Source: an uncultured Cytophagales bacterium (GTDB lineage: Bacteria; Bacteroidota; Bacteroidia; Cytophagales; Spirosomataceae). From it: DNA of 64,000 nucleotides. The notes below the pieces were generated by a model that did no database searches, was not told the DNA's origin, and saw only the letters and a program-made list of their open reading frames with translations. Below, in pieces: positions 17,996-27,908 of this stretch (position 1 is the stretch's first letter; each line of letters starts with the position of its first letter). The translations under genes and the position numbers were made by a program. Location: the NCBI GenBank assembly GCA_964244295.1, contig CAXTIG010000012.1, forward strand, positions 1 to 64,000, in the 5' to 3' direction.

Positions 17996-19588
17996 ATGCT
18001 CTCCACCCTCGCCCTGGCGCTTTGGAGTTTGCTCGCGCCGCCCGCTGCCCGCCACACCTACCACCTCAGCCCCAGCGGCCACGACGACGCCAGCGGCCTC
18101 AGTTCCCAAACCGCCTGGCGGAGCCTGGCCCGCGTCGGTGAGCACAACTTCGAGCCGGGCGATTCGCTGATTTTACAAAGTGGGGCTACCTTCACCGGTA
18201 CGCTCGCGCTAACTCAGGAAGACGCGGGCACCCCGACCCAACCCGTGGTAATCACCTCGTCCGGCCCGGAACGCGCCCGGCTCGTCAACCCCGACACCAC
18301 CGCGCTGAGCGTGACCAACGCGGGCGGAATCGTCGTCAAAAATCTGATTTTGGAAGGAATCGACCGGACCAAAAACCGGGGTTTCGGCCTGCGGGTGCTC
18401 AACACGCTCCCCAACGCCGACAAGCGATTGTTCATCAAAATCAAAAACCTCCGCGCCAGCGGCTTCGGGCAGGACGGCCTCTGGCTGGGCGGTGCCCCCG
18501 CCGATGGCAGTCAGAGCGGATTTGAAGACGTGGAAATCAGCGGCTGCGAATTTTTTGACAACCAGTACCACGGCCTGTTCGTGACGGGCGTTTGGGACAC
18601 GAACGCGAAAGGCTACGCCAACCGCCGCCTGCACGTTCACCACTGCACGGCCTACGCCAACACGGGCGACCCGCTTTTTCTGAAAAACCACAGCGGCAGC
18701 GGCATGGAAATCGACGACGTGGAAGAAGCCACCATCGAATTCTGCACGGCCTACGACAACGGTTTTCTGTGCAACGCCCGCGTGGGTGGCCCCTGCGGAA
18801 TCTGGCTCCACGCCGCCACCCGCTCGGTGATTCAGCATTGCGTGGCCATCAACAACCGCAGCGGGCGCGGTATCGACGGGGCCGGTTTCGACCTCGACGG
18901 TGGCACCACCTACTGCACCATCCAGTACTGCTACGCCCGCGACAACGACGGGGCCGGGATTCTGGTCTGGAATTACGAAAACGCCCCGCACGAACTCGCC
19001 CACAACGTGATTCGCTTCAACATTCTGGAAAACAACGCCCGCCGCAACGACTACGCCGATATTCACATCGGCAGCAGCGGTACGCCCGTGCGCGACATAG
19101 CCGTGTACCACAACACGATTTTTACCAGCGCCCAACCCGGCGGAAAAACCCGCTGCGTGTGGGTAGGAGGGAAGCCGAACGAGAACATTCGTTTTTTCAA
19201 CAACCTGTTGATTGCCAACGGCTGTCCGCTCTTCACCCTCGACCCAAACCAGCGGGTGCAGTTCGAGGGCAATGCGTACTGGCGGACGAGCGGCACCTTC
19301 GAGGCCAGCCTCGCCACCCGGCGCTTCAGCACCTTCGCCGACTGGCAGCGCACGAGCGGGCAGGAAAAAGGCGGGATTTTCACCGAACCGGGACTGACGG
19401 CCTTCGGTACCGCCGAAACACCGCTGGCCCGTGCCAACCCGTCCCGGCTGCGCGGATACGGGTTGAAAAAAAACTCGGCGTTGATTGGAAAGGGGCTGGC
19501 CCTCGCGCCACTCAGCCTTGCCCTCGGCGAGCGGGATTTTTTCGGAAAAAAACCGTCGATGCGGTTCGTCGGGGCGGTGGCACCCTGA
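17996..19588 (+). CDS. right-handed parallel beta-helix repeat protein (pectate-lyase-fold), secreted
   Basis: Signal peptide MLSTLALALWSLLAPPAA. Repeated NxxI/GxxV beta-helix-like segments with many Cys/His/Asn (HHCTAYAN, FCTAYDN, QYCYARDN). Confidence 0.5.
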   Translation: MLSTLALALWSLLAPPAARHTYHLSPSGHDDASGLSSQTAWRSLARVGEHNFEPGDSLILQSGATFTGTLALTQEDAGTPTQPVVITSSGPERARLVNPDTTALSVTNAGGIVVKNLILEGIDRTKNRGFGLRVLNTLPNADKRLFIKIKNLRASGFGQDGLWLGGAPADGSQSGFEDVEISGCEFFDNQYHGLFVTGVWDTNAKGYANRRLHVHHCTAYANTGDPLFLKNHSGSGMEIDDVEEATIEFCTAYDNGFLCNARVGGPCGIWLHAATRSVIQHCVAINNRSGRGIDGAGFDLDGGTTYCTIQYCYARDNDGAGILVWNYENAPHELAHNVIRFNILENNARRNDYADIHIGSSGTPVRDIAVYHNTIFTSAQPGGKTRCVWVGGKPNENIRFFNNLLIANGCPLFTLDPNQRVQFEGNAYWRTSGTFEASLATRRFSTFADWQRTSGQEKGGIFTEPGLTAFGTAETPLARANPSRLRGYGLKKNSALIGKGLALAPLSLALGERDFFGKKPSMRFVGAVAP

Positions 19589-19698
19589 TTCGAGCCGTGA
19601 TTTTCGCAATCGGTCACTCGGGTTGCGCCAAACGTCAGCGATGCATCGGTGGGCAGGGGAGACCTTTGTGCTGTTCAACCAACATTCATTTTTCAGCC

Positions 19699-20046
19699 AT
19701 GAAAAATCTCCTTAAATCCGAAGAATTGCTCCAGTTTCTGGTCTCCATCGCCTTGTTCTCCACGCTCGATTACGCCTGGTGGGTGTTTCCGGCGCTGCTG
19801 TTTATCCCCGACGTGAGTATGCTGGGGTACCTGATTTCGCCCCGCTGGGGAGCCTACACCTACAACCTGGGCCACCACAAGGGCCTGGCGGCGGCGCTCG
19901 CCGTGGCGGGGCTTTTCCTGCACCTGCCCGCGCTCGAACTCACGGGCCTGATGCTCTTCGCCCACGCCAGTTTCGACCGGCTGATGGGCTACGGCCTGAA
20001 ATACACCGATGCCTTCAAGCACACGCATTTGGGGACGTTGTCGTGA
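19699..20046 (+). CDS. DUF4260-like small membrane protein
   Basis: 115 aa. Internal Met of ORF 18592..20046. Motifs PDVSMLGYL, YNLGHH, FAHASFDRLMGYGLKY. Confidence 0.5.
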   Translation: MKNLLKSEELLQFLVSIALFSTLDYAWWVFPALLFIPDVSMLGYLISPRWGAYTYNLGHHKGLAAALAVAGLFLHLPALELTGLMLFAHASFDRLMGYGLKYTDAFKHTHLGTLS

Positions 20047-20082
20047 TGAATTGAGCCGTGAAACTGAGTAGGATTTAAAAAA

Positions 20083-20200
20083 AGGGGGCTGTCATCCCGA
20101 CGAAGGAGGGATCTCGTCGGGGTACCGTTCCTATCGGTTATTCGGTAAAGCGGCTCGATAAATCAACGAGATCCCTCCTTCGTCGGGATGACAGGCTGTT
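20083..20200. repeat. REP/MITE-like palindromic element, family A (GTCATCCCGACGAAGGAGGGATCTCGT), copy 1
   Basis: Arms 20086-20118 and 20165-20197 are reverse complements, lying between convergent genes. Confidence 0.75.
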
Positions 20201-20248
20201 AAGAAATTTTCCGCTGAGTGCTTATTCTTTTCTCACGCCTCCCCTTGT

Positions 20249-21259
20249 TCACGCCGCCTGCGCCCGAAAAGTCCCCGGCGTTTGGCCCGTCCAGCGTTTG
20301 AAGGAGCGGAAAAACACGCTCGGTTCGGCGAAGCCGAGCAGGTAGGCGATGTCGGTGGTACTCAGGTGCGGTTCGCGCAGGTGCCGGACGGCCAGTTCCC
20401 GGCGAACCTCGTCGAGGAGTTGCTGGTAGCTCAGGCCCTCCTCGCGTAGGTGCAGTTGGAGCGTCCGGACGCCCATTGCCAGGTGGTCGGCCACGCCGGC
20501 CAGGGTCGGTTCTTCGCCTCGGAGTTGGCGCACCAATTCGGTTTTTACCCAGTCGCTCAGGCGGGGTTGGCGCAGGCCGCGCAGCAGATCGTCGGCGTGT
20601 TGCTCAAACAGCGGGAACAAACCGGGATTGGCGTTCAGAATGGGCACGTCGAGCCACTCGGGCCCGAAGCGCAGCACGGTTTCGGGGGCGTCGAAGTGGA
20701 GTTGAGCGGGGGCGAAAACCCGCTCGTGTTCCTGGGTATCGGACGGGCGGGGGTAAGCAAACCAGATTTCGCTGACTTCGAAAGGCCGTCCGGTCAGGGC
20801 GCGGAAGGCGGCCAGGTACACCGATACCTCCGAGTTGAGCGCGTAATCGGCGCGGACGATCTCCGGACTGCTGAGCCGGAGCACCAGGTCGTACCAAGCC
20901 CCGGTTCGTCGCCCGCTGGTGAGGATGGCATTGCACACGATTTCCTGGTACTGAAACAGTTTTTCGAGCGCCCGGCCCAGTGTCGGACAGTGCATCAGCA
21001 CGTACGCCAGCACGCCCATCGACAAGGGATTGATCAGTTCGCCCAGGCGCAAATCCAGGTGCGGATCGTCCGTGGCGGCGATGGCCTCCCGCCAAAGTGC
21101 TTGCACCACTCGGATTGGCACCCGTTCGTCGGGGTGCTGAAGACGGGCTGGGTCCAGGCCTACGATCCGGGTCAGGGCGTCGGCATCGGCCCCGCGTTGC
21201 CGGGCCGCGAACAAAATCAGGTTGACGGAACCCGCCGAAAGGCTGTGGTCGTTGCGCAT
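20249..21259 (-). CDS. AraC-family transcriptional regulator
   Basis: 336 aa from MRNDHS. C-terminal HTH_18 region (DIAYLLGFAEPSVFFRSFKRWTGQTPGTFR) and N-terminal AraC-binding-like domain. Confidence 0.75.
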   Translation of the reverse strand: MRNDHSLSAGSVNLILFAARQRGADADALTRIVGLDPARLQHPDERVPIRVVQALWREAIAATDDPHLDLRLGELINPLSMGVLAYVLMHCPTLGRALEKLFQYQEIVCNAILTSGRRTGAWYDLVLRLSSPEIVRADYALNSEVSVYLAAFRALTGRPFEVSEIWFAYPRPSDTQEHERVFAPAQLHFDAPETVLRFGPEWLDVPILNANPGLFPLFEQHADDLLRGLRQPRLSDWVKTELVRQLRGEEPTLAGVADHLAMGVRTLQLHLREEGLSYQQLLDEVRRELAVRHLREPHLSTTDIAYLLGFAEPSVFFRSFKRWTGQTPGTFRAQAA

Positions 21260-21454
21260 CCTGCGAAGAAACAACGCAGGACCGGTAAACCCACGTGGTT
21301 TTACAGAAACTGGCCGCACCCGGCTGTCGGAATTAGGCGGCTTCGATGTGAATACACCGCTTCGGTCGGGGTAGAAAATGGTACAATAGTTGCGGCCCTT
21401 TCCGGCGGAAACGACCCCGGCCCCGTGCCAGTTTTTCGGTCGTACCGGGGGAAT

Positions 21455-23005
21455 ATGGTCAAACGGTTTACTTTTTTTTTCGGGGTGCTTTGGCTGGACT
21501 CCGCCCGCCTCCTGGCCCAGCAGCACGATTTTCAGGTCACGAAATTTCACCTCGAAACCGGCACGTACCAGTTTTCGCAGGGTTTGGTGCCGTTTTGGTT
21601 TCGCGCCAACCAGTACGGTACCGTGCCCACGTACCCACCGGGAGGGGTGATTCGGGGCGGCTTTCACGCCGATTACCACCCGACGTTTACCAAGAAAAAA
21701 CCCATCGACCTGGCCTACGGCCTCGACGCCGTGCTCAACCTGGCCGGTCAGCAACGGCAATTTCTGCTCCCCGAAGCCTACGTGAAAATCCGCCTCTGGC
21801 CCTTCGAGTTGTACGGCGGGCGGCGGCGCGAGGTGATGGGCCTGGTGGACACCCTGCTCACGTCGGGTTCGTACATCTGGTCGGGCAATGCCCTGCCGGT
21901 GCCAAAAATGCAACTCAGCATCCCGGCGTACTGGCCCGCCAGCGGCCTTTTTGCCATCAAAGGCACGTTTGCCCACGGGTTTTTCGAGAAGGCCCGGCCC
22001 TACGTCAACGACGCGCTGCTTCACCAAAAGTCGATCTACGTGCGCTTCGGCAAACCCCACTGGAAAGTCCGGCTCCAGGGCGGTTTCAACCACCAGGTGA
22101 TGTGGGGCGGCAGTTCGCCGTTTTTCTCCAAAGACGGCACCCTACCCGGCAGCCAGCAGGCGTTTTGGTACGTGCTCACGGGCCGTTCGGTGGCGGGCGA
22201 TTCGACGAAATTCCGCAACAGCTTCGACGGCGGCAACCGGGTGGGCAATCACCTCGGGACCATCGACGGGGCCATCGACCTGAGCCTGGGCGGCTCGGCC
22301 TTATTTTTTTACCGGCAAAGCATTTACGAGGACGGCTCGCTGTACTACCTCATCAACCTCGAAGACGGGCTGAACGGCGTGAGTTGGCAAAACCGCCGAC
22401 CGGTCTGGCCCCGCTTCCGCCTCAACCGCGTGACCGTCGAATTCCTTTCGACCTGGAGCCAGGGCGGGGCCGCTTTCGGCGACGACCCCCGTCAGCGGGG
22501 CCGCGACAACTACTTTAACCACCAGCAATACCGCGATGGGTGGTCGTACGAAGGCCGTACGCTGGGAACGCCCTTCATCGCCCCGACCGGCGAACTCGCC
22601 AACGCCAGCACCAACCCATCCGGCGGCGGATTCACGAGCAATAACCGCGTCCAACTGTTGCACCTGGGATTCGACGGCAACTTCGGCCTGAGCAGCCGCT
22701 TCGAGGGCCGGTTTTCGTATTCCCGCAACGCGGGCACTTACGACGTGCCGTTTACACCCGAACGCACCCAGTTTTCGGGCTACCTCCGCTGCGCCACTGA
22801 CCTCGATTTCATGGCGGGTACCGAACTGAGCACTGCCCTGGCCTGGGACCGGGGCGGCCTGCTCGACAACTCGTTCGGACTGCACATTCGCCTGCGCAAA
22901 ACCTGGGACAACGAAGCCTGGCTCCTCGACCGTGCCCAACGACGCGAGGCCCGACGGCCCAAACGCGAGGCTCCGACGCTGATGACGCCCAGAAACCTGA
23001 AGTGA
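21455..23005 (+). CDS. outer-membrane beta-barrel protein, capsule-assembly Wzi-like
   Basis: 516 aa from MVKRFTFFFGVLWLDSARLLAQQ (signal peptide). Size and composition recall the Wzi family. Confidence 0.5.
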   Translation: MVKRFTFFFGVLWLDSARLLAQQHDFQVTKFHLETGTYQFSQGLVPFWFRANQYGTVPTYPPGGVIRGGFHADYHPTFTKKKPIDLAYGLDAVLNLAGQQRQFLLPEAYVKIRLWPFELYGGRRREVMGLVDTLLTSGSYIWSGNALPVPKMQLSIPAYWPASGLFAIKGTFAHGFFEKARPYVNDALLHQKSIYVRFGKPHWKVRLQGGFNHQVMWGGSSPFFSKDGTLPGSQQAFWYVLTGRSVAGDSTKFRNSFDGGNRVGNHLGTIDGAIDLSLGGSALFFYRQSIYEDGSLYYLINLEDGLNGVSWQNRRPVWPRFRLNRVTVEFLSTWSQGGAAFGDDPRQRGRDNYFNHQQYRDGWSYEGRTLGTPFIAPTGELANASTNPSGGGFTSNNRVQLLHLGFDGNFGLSSRFEGRFSYSRNAGTYDVPFTPERTQFSGYLRCATDLDFMAGTELSTALAWDRGGLLDNSFGLHIRLRKTWDNEAWLLDRAQRREARRPKREAPTLMTPRNLK

Positions 23006-23076
23006 GGAATGGAAGCCGTTGGGAATCTGGGCGAGTTGTTTACTTTCGTGGGGTAAACCTCTAACCTCACGTCCTC

Positions 23077-23682
23077 ATGCGCTACCTGCTTCATTTCCTC
23101 CGTTTTAGCTTCCTGCTGGCCCTTCCGGCCTCGTCCCTCCTGGCCCAAACGGCGGCCCCTTCCGCCGAACTACAACTCAAAACCGGCGTGCTGGCTGCCC
23201 CCGCCGAGGCCCGCGCCGCCGCGACGGTGTACGGGTTTAACGACAAAAACGAAACGATGCTCCTCCGCCAGGGCACCAACGATTTGGTGTGTCTGGCCGA
23301 CAACCCCGGTCAGAAAGGCTTCAGCGTGGCCTGTTTTCACAAAGACCTCCTGCCGTTCATGCAGCGCGGCTGGAAATTGAAGGAAGAAGGCAAAACCCCC
23401 GCGCAGGTGATGGAAATCCGGGAAAAAGAAGTGAAGGCCAAAAAGTGGAAAATGCCCAAACAACCCACCTCGCTCACGGTGTACTCGGCCAAAGACGAAG
23501 ACTACGACGCGGCGGCGGGGGAGGTGAAAAACGGCAATTTCCGATACGTGGTGTACATTCCCTACGCCACCGCCGCCAGCACCGGCCTGCCCCTGAAACC
23601 CGAAGCCCCCGGAATGCCCTGGATCATGGATCCCGGCACCCACCGGGCGCACATCATGATCAACCCACCGGCGGGGAAGTGA
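23077..23682 (+). CDS. hypothetical secreted protein
   Basis: Signal peptide MRYLLHFLRFSFLLALPASSLLAQTAAP. Lys/Glu-rich middle region. No recognised domain. Confidence 0.45.
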   Translation: MRYLLHFLRFSFLLALPASSLLAQTAAPSAELQLKTGVLAAPAEARAAATVYGFNDKNETMLLRQGTNDLVCLADNPGQKGFSVACFHKDLLPFMQRGWKLKEEGKTPAQVMEIREKEVKAKKWKMPKQPTSLTVYSAKDEDYDAAAGEVKNGNFRYVVYIPYATAASTGLPLKPEAPGMPWIMDPGTHRAHIMINPPAGK

Positions 23683-23734
23683 GGGGGCAGCATGACGGCC
23701 AAAAGTTTTTTCAAAAAGCGAACAATGACACTCC

Positions 23735-23959
23735 TTGAGCAAGTTGAATACCACCGGAATCGTGTCAGAAGTGCCAACGGATGCCTTGGAAAAACAGCGG
23801 CGAATTGAAGAAATGCACCAGTTTTATTCCTCGCTCAACTTTGAACAACGCATGGAACTGGGACCATTCGTGGAACGCTTGCGCGAAGAATCCAGACAAA
23901 TTCTCCAAAAAATGCAGCCGTTGGCCGAACGTGCCGAAGAATTATTAGCCAAAAAATAG
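23735..23959 (+). CDS. small hypothetical protein (74 aa, predicted helical)
   Basis: ORF ends just before a strong hairpin terminator. Coding-like composition, no homology recalled. Confidence 0.35.
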   Translation: MSKLNTTGIVSEVPTDALEKQRRIEEMHQFYSSLNFEQRMELGPFVERLREESRQILQKMQPLAERAEELLAKK

Positions 23960-23978
23960 CCTGCTTCGAGGCGATGAA

Positions 23979-24016
23979 AACAGCCCCGCAACCATTCGTT
24001 TGCGGGGCTGTTTTTA
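23979..24016. terminator. bidirectional rho-independent terminator
   Basis: cagccccgcaa / ttgcggggctg stem followed by ttttt. Lies between convergent genes. The T-run overlaps the stop codon of the M42 gene. Confidence 0.7.
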
Positions 24017-25084
24017 TTTCAAATACCGAAAATCCTCCCCGCCTTTCAGCGTCAGCAGGGTTTCGTACATCAGTTGAATCACCTGCTCCACGTCGCGCTG
24101 GTGGACGGTCTCGACGGTCGTGTGCATGTATTTGAGCGGGAGCGAAATGAGGGCCGAAGCCACGCCTTCGGCGGCGTAGGCAAAGGCATCGGTGTCGGTG
24201 CCGGTGGAGCGGCTCACGGCCTGGCGCTGGAAGGTGATTTCTTTCTCGCGGGCCACGTCGATGATAAAATCGAGCAGGTTGTTCTGCACCGCCGGGCCGT
24301 AGCACAGCACCGGACCGCCGCCGCACTTGAGGTCGCCCTGCTCTTTTTTCACGTACTTCGGCGACTGCGTATCGTGGGTCACGTCGGTGCATATCGCCAG
24401 GTCGGGGCGGAGGCGGCGGGCGATCATCTCGGCCCCGCGCAGCCCGATTTCTTCCTGCACGGCGTTGACGATGTACAACGTGTAAGGCAACTGAATGCCA
24501 CCCTCTTTCAACTGCCGGGCCACTTCGGCAATCATGAACCCGCCCATGCGGTTGTCGAGGGCGCGGCCCACGTAGTAGCGGTCGTTGAGAGTAGTCAGAC
24601 CGTCCTCGAACGTGACCACGCAGCCCACGTGGACGCCTTTTTCTTCGACTTCCTTCTTGGTTTCGCAGCCCAGATCCAGGTACAGGTCAGTCACTTTGGG
24701 GGCCAGTTCCTTCGTCGGTTCGCGGACGTGGATGGCAGGCCAGCCGAAAACGCCCTTCACGATACCTTTTTTGGTGTGAATGTTGACCCGCATCGAAGGC
24801 GCGATCAGTGCATCGGAGCCGCCGTTGCGCCGCACGGTGAGGTAGCCGTCGTCGGAGATGTAGTTGACGAACCAGGAAATCTCGTCGGAATGCGCTTCGA
24901 TGACGACCTTGTAAGGTTGGTTGGGATTGATGACGCCGACCACCGTGCCGTACACGTCCACGACGTACTCGTCGATGTAGGGCCGGAGGTAATCGAGCCA
25001 GATACGCTGCCCGCTGGCCTCGAAACCCGTCGGGGAGGCGTTGTTGAGGTATTCGTAGAGGAATTTTTGGGCTGCTTCGGTCAT
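24014..25084 (-). CDS. M42 family metallopeptidase (glutamyl aminopeptidase/FrvX-like)
   Basis: 356 aa. IEAHSDEISW, GRALDNRMGGFMIAEV, QEEIGLRGAE are typical M42 signatures. Confidence 0.8.
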   Translation of the reverse strand: MTEAAQKFLYEYLNNASPTGFEASGQRIWLDYLRPYIDEYVVDVYGTVVGVINPNQPYKVVIEAHSDEISWFVNYISDDGYLTVRRNGGSDALIAPSMRVNIHTKKGIVKGVFGWPAIHVREPTKELAPKVTDLYLDLGCETKKEVEEKGVHVGCVVTFEDGLTTLNDRYYVGRALDNRMGGFMIAEVARQLKEGGIQLPYTLYIVNAVQEEIGLRGAEMIARRLRPDLAICTDVTHDTQSPKYVKKEQGDLKCGGGPVLCYGPAVQNNLLDFIIDVAREKEITFQRQAVSRSTGTDTDAFAYAAEGVASALISLPLKYMHTTVETVHQRDVEQVIQLMYETLLTLKGGEDFRYLK

Positions 25085-25140
25085 GATTTTTTTGAAAAAA
25101 ATGTGCGGTTGTCATGGCTCCGGCCACCCGGCCCGACGAA

Positions 25141-25250
25141 GGCTTGTCATCCCGACGGAGGAGGGATCTCGTTGGGGTGCCGAATACCTGGCAATCGGCA
25201 AGTATGTCGGAAGGCCAACGAGATCCCTCCTTCGTCGGGATGACAGCGTG
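25141..25250. repeat. REP/MITE-like palindromic element, family A, copy 2
   Basis: cttgtcatcccgacggaggagggatctcgttgg ... ccaacgagatccctccttcgtcgggatgacag. One mismatch between the arms. Confidence 0.75.
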
Positions 25251-25258
25251 GGGGTAAA

Positions 25259-26506
25259 TTACTTCAAGGCTTCCACCCGCACCAACTTCCCCACCTCCTC
25301 CCAAAAACCCGGAAACGACTTCGCCACCACGCCCGGCTCGTCGATCACGACATCGGTGATCATCGCTATGGGCGCGAAGGCCATCGCCATGCGGTGGTCG
25401 TCGTAGGTGTGGATGGAGAGTGGAGAGTGGATAGAGGATAGTGGATAGTGGATAGATTTGACTTCGTACAATTCGTTGGGAATCACTTCGCGGAGGTCGC
25501 CGCCGAATTTTTGTAACTCGGTTTGCAGGGCGCTGACGCGGTCAGTTTCTTTTACTTTCAAACTCTCGATGCCCGAAAATTGCGCCGGGATGCCCTTCGC
25601 GGCGCAAACCACGGCCACGGTTTGGGCCAGGTCGGGGCAGTCGGTAAAATTGTAGCTGAAGGCATCGGCGGGGGGAATCTGGCGGAGGTAAAAACCGTCG
25701 CCGGTAAACTCGGATTTCACTCCCAGCAAGGTCATCAAATCGGTCACGACGCTATCGCCCTGCAAGGAATCCTGCTTTAAACCGGGCAACGTCAGTTCAG
25801 AACCTTCCGGCCCCAGGGCCACCATCGCAAACCAGTAACTCGCCCCCGACCAATCATTTTCGACGGCAAATTCCACCGGCTGGTAGGCCTGGGCGGGCAC
25901 GGTGAGCGTGGCCGTCTCCCAGTCCGCCCGCACGGTTACGCCGAAGGCGGCCATTTGCCGGAGGGTCATTTCGATGTAAGGCCGCGAACCCAACTCGCCC
26001 GTCAGGCGGAGCGTCAGGCCTTCGGGCAGGGTGGGGGCAACCATCAGCAGGGCCGAAATAAACTGACTGCTCACGTCGCCGCGAATGGAAAGCTGGTTGA
26101 TTCCAGAATACGAAAAACCGCGCAAGTCGAGGGGCGGATAGCCTTCTTTCCGGGTGCAGTGAAGGTCGGCCCCCAACGTGCGGAGCGCATCAACCAGGAT
26201 GCCGATGGGCCGTTCGCACATCCGGGGCGTGCCGGTGAGGATTTTGTGCTGGCCGGTCACGGCGAAATAGGCGGTCAGAAAACGCATGGTCGTACCCGCG
26301 TCCAGCACGTCGGCCACGGGGTCGGGCGAGGCCAGCAGGCGTAGCATGGTCTGAGTATCGCGGGCTTCCGAAACGTTGGTGATGGTGGCGTTGCCGCCGG
26401 TCAACGCGCTGAGAATCAGCGCCCGGTTGGCTTCGGATTTGGAGGCAGGAAGCCGGATTTCGGTTTGGAACGGTTCGGTAACGCGGTGCAGCAGGAGGTT
26501 TTTCAA
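25259..26506 (-). CDS. aroA: 3-phosphoshikimate 1-carboxyvinyltransferase (EPSP synthase)
   Basis: LPASKSEANRALILSAL, DVSSQFISALLMVAP, RVKETDR, GDHRMAMAFA are classic AroA motifs. Probable TTG start at 26506 gives 415 aa. The first ATG at 26596 would give 445 aa and overlap the next gene. Confidence 0.85.
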   Translation of the reverse strand: MKNLLLHRVTEPFQTEIRLPASKSEANRALILSALTGGNATITNVSEARDTQTMLRLLASPDPVADVLDAGTTMRFLTAYFAVTGQHKILTGTPRMCERPIGILVDALRTLGADLHCTRKEGYPPLDLRGFSYSGINQLSIRGDVSSQFISALLMVAPTLPEGLTLRLTGELGSRPYIEMTLRQMAAFGVTVRADWETATLTVPAQAYQPVEFAVENDWSGASYWFAMVALGPEGSELTLPGLKQDSLQGDSVVTDLMTLLGVKSEFTGDGFYLRQIPPADAFSYNFTDCPDLAQTVAVVCAAKGIPAQFSGIESLKVKETDRVSALQTELQKFGGDLREVIPNELYEVKSIHYPLSSIHSPLSIHTYDDHRMAMAFAPIAMITDVVIDEPGVVAKSFPGFWEEVGKLVRVEALK

Positions 26507-26592
26507 CGAAAAAAGGGAAGAATGAAGACGCAAAAATGGAACGGGATTGGGTGGATTCAAAAAAGGATGTGACAGCGCTATCACATTACTCC

Positions 26593-27213
26593 TCAATACG
26601 TCCTGAGTACCCGCAGCCGGTGCCGCCCGTCGGGGCGGGTGCGGTGGGTGCGGAAGGTGAGCCGGTAGCCGAGGTAGCCCAGGCCGAACAACCCGCCCGT
26701 TACGATGGCCGTGCCCCGCGTGACGCGGAATTCTTCGCCCCGGCGAAGTTGGTTGCCGGGGTGAAACACGTCCATGATGAAATACAGCAGGCCCGCCGCC
26801 GGGAAAACCACCATGCCTTCGGTGAGCAAGGGAACCCGGTGTGTGGTGTACACGCGGTCCACGTCGGGCAGACGAAACGTGAGCACTTCGCCGCGTTGGG
26901 TGACGGGGTTTTCGACCAAAAACTGAAATGTGCTGTCGCTGACGCCGTAAAGCACGTCGTGGTAGCGGGTTCGGTCGCTCCGAAGCCGGAATTTAATTTT
27001 GTCACCGGGGAAAAATCGCTGCCGCCCGCCGGGGAAGTCGAGGGCCAGGTAATTTACGGGCTGGCCCGACAGCAAGGCCCGGCTCTGGGCGGGATTACGT
27101 TGCTGGAGGATTTCCTCCACGGTTTTGCGGGGCACGCCCGTGACGGGATCCACCTGGGCGAGGGAGGGGAAGAGCGTTAGGCTAAACAGGACGAACAGTG
27201 CGGCGTTTTTCAT
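26593..27213 (-). CDS. hypothetical secreted protein
   Basis: Signal peptide MKNAALFVLFSLTLFPSLAQ. No recognised domain. Confidence 0.45.
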   Translation of the reverse strand: MKNAALFVLFSLTLFPSLAQVDPVTGVPRKTVEEILQQRNPAQSRALLSGQPVNYLALDFPGGRQRFFPGDKIKFRLRSDRTRYHDVLYGVSDSTFQFLVENPVTQRGEVLTFRLPDVDRVYTTHRVPLLTEGMVVFPAAGLLYFIMDVFHPGNQLRRGEEFRVTRGTAIVTGGLFGLGYLGYRLTFRTHRTRPDGRHRLRVLRTY

Positions 27214-27333
27214 TCAGTGATGTGGTCGTGAAGAGGTAAATTGGGTAATCGGAGATTGGATAAATGAGTAATTTGTTGTTTTTAAACCAGTTACTCATTT
27301 ACCCAATCCCCATTTACCCAATCCCCTATTTAC

Positions 27334-27903
27334 CTAAGAGTCACTCGAACTCGTCACGCCACCCGACACGATGAACTTCATCACGTCGGTCGTCGGGGCG
27401 TCGAGGGGCGTGACGAGCGCCGCCGGGACGATGAACAAATCGCCCGCGAAGGCGTAGGACTGGGGCAGGTACACGGCCACCGAATCGGCGAGGTGGAGGA
27501 GGCTCAAGTCGGTTTGGGTGAGAAATCCGATGCGCTGAAGGTCGGAACTGGCTCCCAGTTTTACCAAAACGGGGCGGTTAAATTTTTTCTTGTCCCCGAC
27601 GAAGGCCGAAATCAAATCTTTCAGCGACGAATAAATAATCCGCACCAGCGGCAGCGTGTTGATGGCCTGCTCGAAGACCCGAAATACGGGCACGGCAATA
27701 AACGTAGAGCCGATAAACCCCACGCCCACCACGACCACCAGCGAGAGTACGAGGCCCGAACCGGGAAAATAAAAGTAAAACTGGCCATCGAGCCAGTCGA
27801 GCAGACCGTAGATGATGTAGCCGGTGAAATAGACGGGGGAGAGCAGCAGCAGCCCCCGCACGAAGTAACTGACGACGCGGGAGGAGATGGATTTGAGGGT
27901 CAT
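27334..27903 (-). CDS. DUF502 family membrane protein
   Basis: 189 aa. N-terminal TM helices and GLLDWLDG / PLVRIIYSSLKDLISAF are typical of DUF502. Confidence 0.6.
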   Translation of the reverse strand: MTLKSISSRVVSYFVRGLLLLSPVYFTGYIIYGLLDWLDGQFYFYFPGSGLVLSLVVVVGVGFIGSTFIAVPVFRVFEQAINTLPLVRIIYSSLKDLISAFVGDKKKFNRPVLVKLGASSDLQRIGFLTQTDLSLLHLADSVAVYLPQSYAFAGDLFIVPAALVTPLDAPTTDVMKFIVSGGVTSSSDS

Positions 27904-27908
27904 GTGTT

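Noticed and set aside
18209-19678. 489-aa antisense ORF and 484-aa frame-shifted ORF (18592..20046) over the beta-helix gene
   Set aside because: Shadow ORFs. Only the C-terminal part of 18592..20046 (DUF4260-like, from 19699) looks genuine.
21260-22093. N-terminal extensions of composite ORFs 20249..22093 (-) and 20450..23005 (+)
   Set aside because: The extensions run antisense through the neighbouring gene. Trimmed to internal Met starts (AraC at 21259, Wzi-like at 21455) that coincide with domain N-termini and signal peptide.
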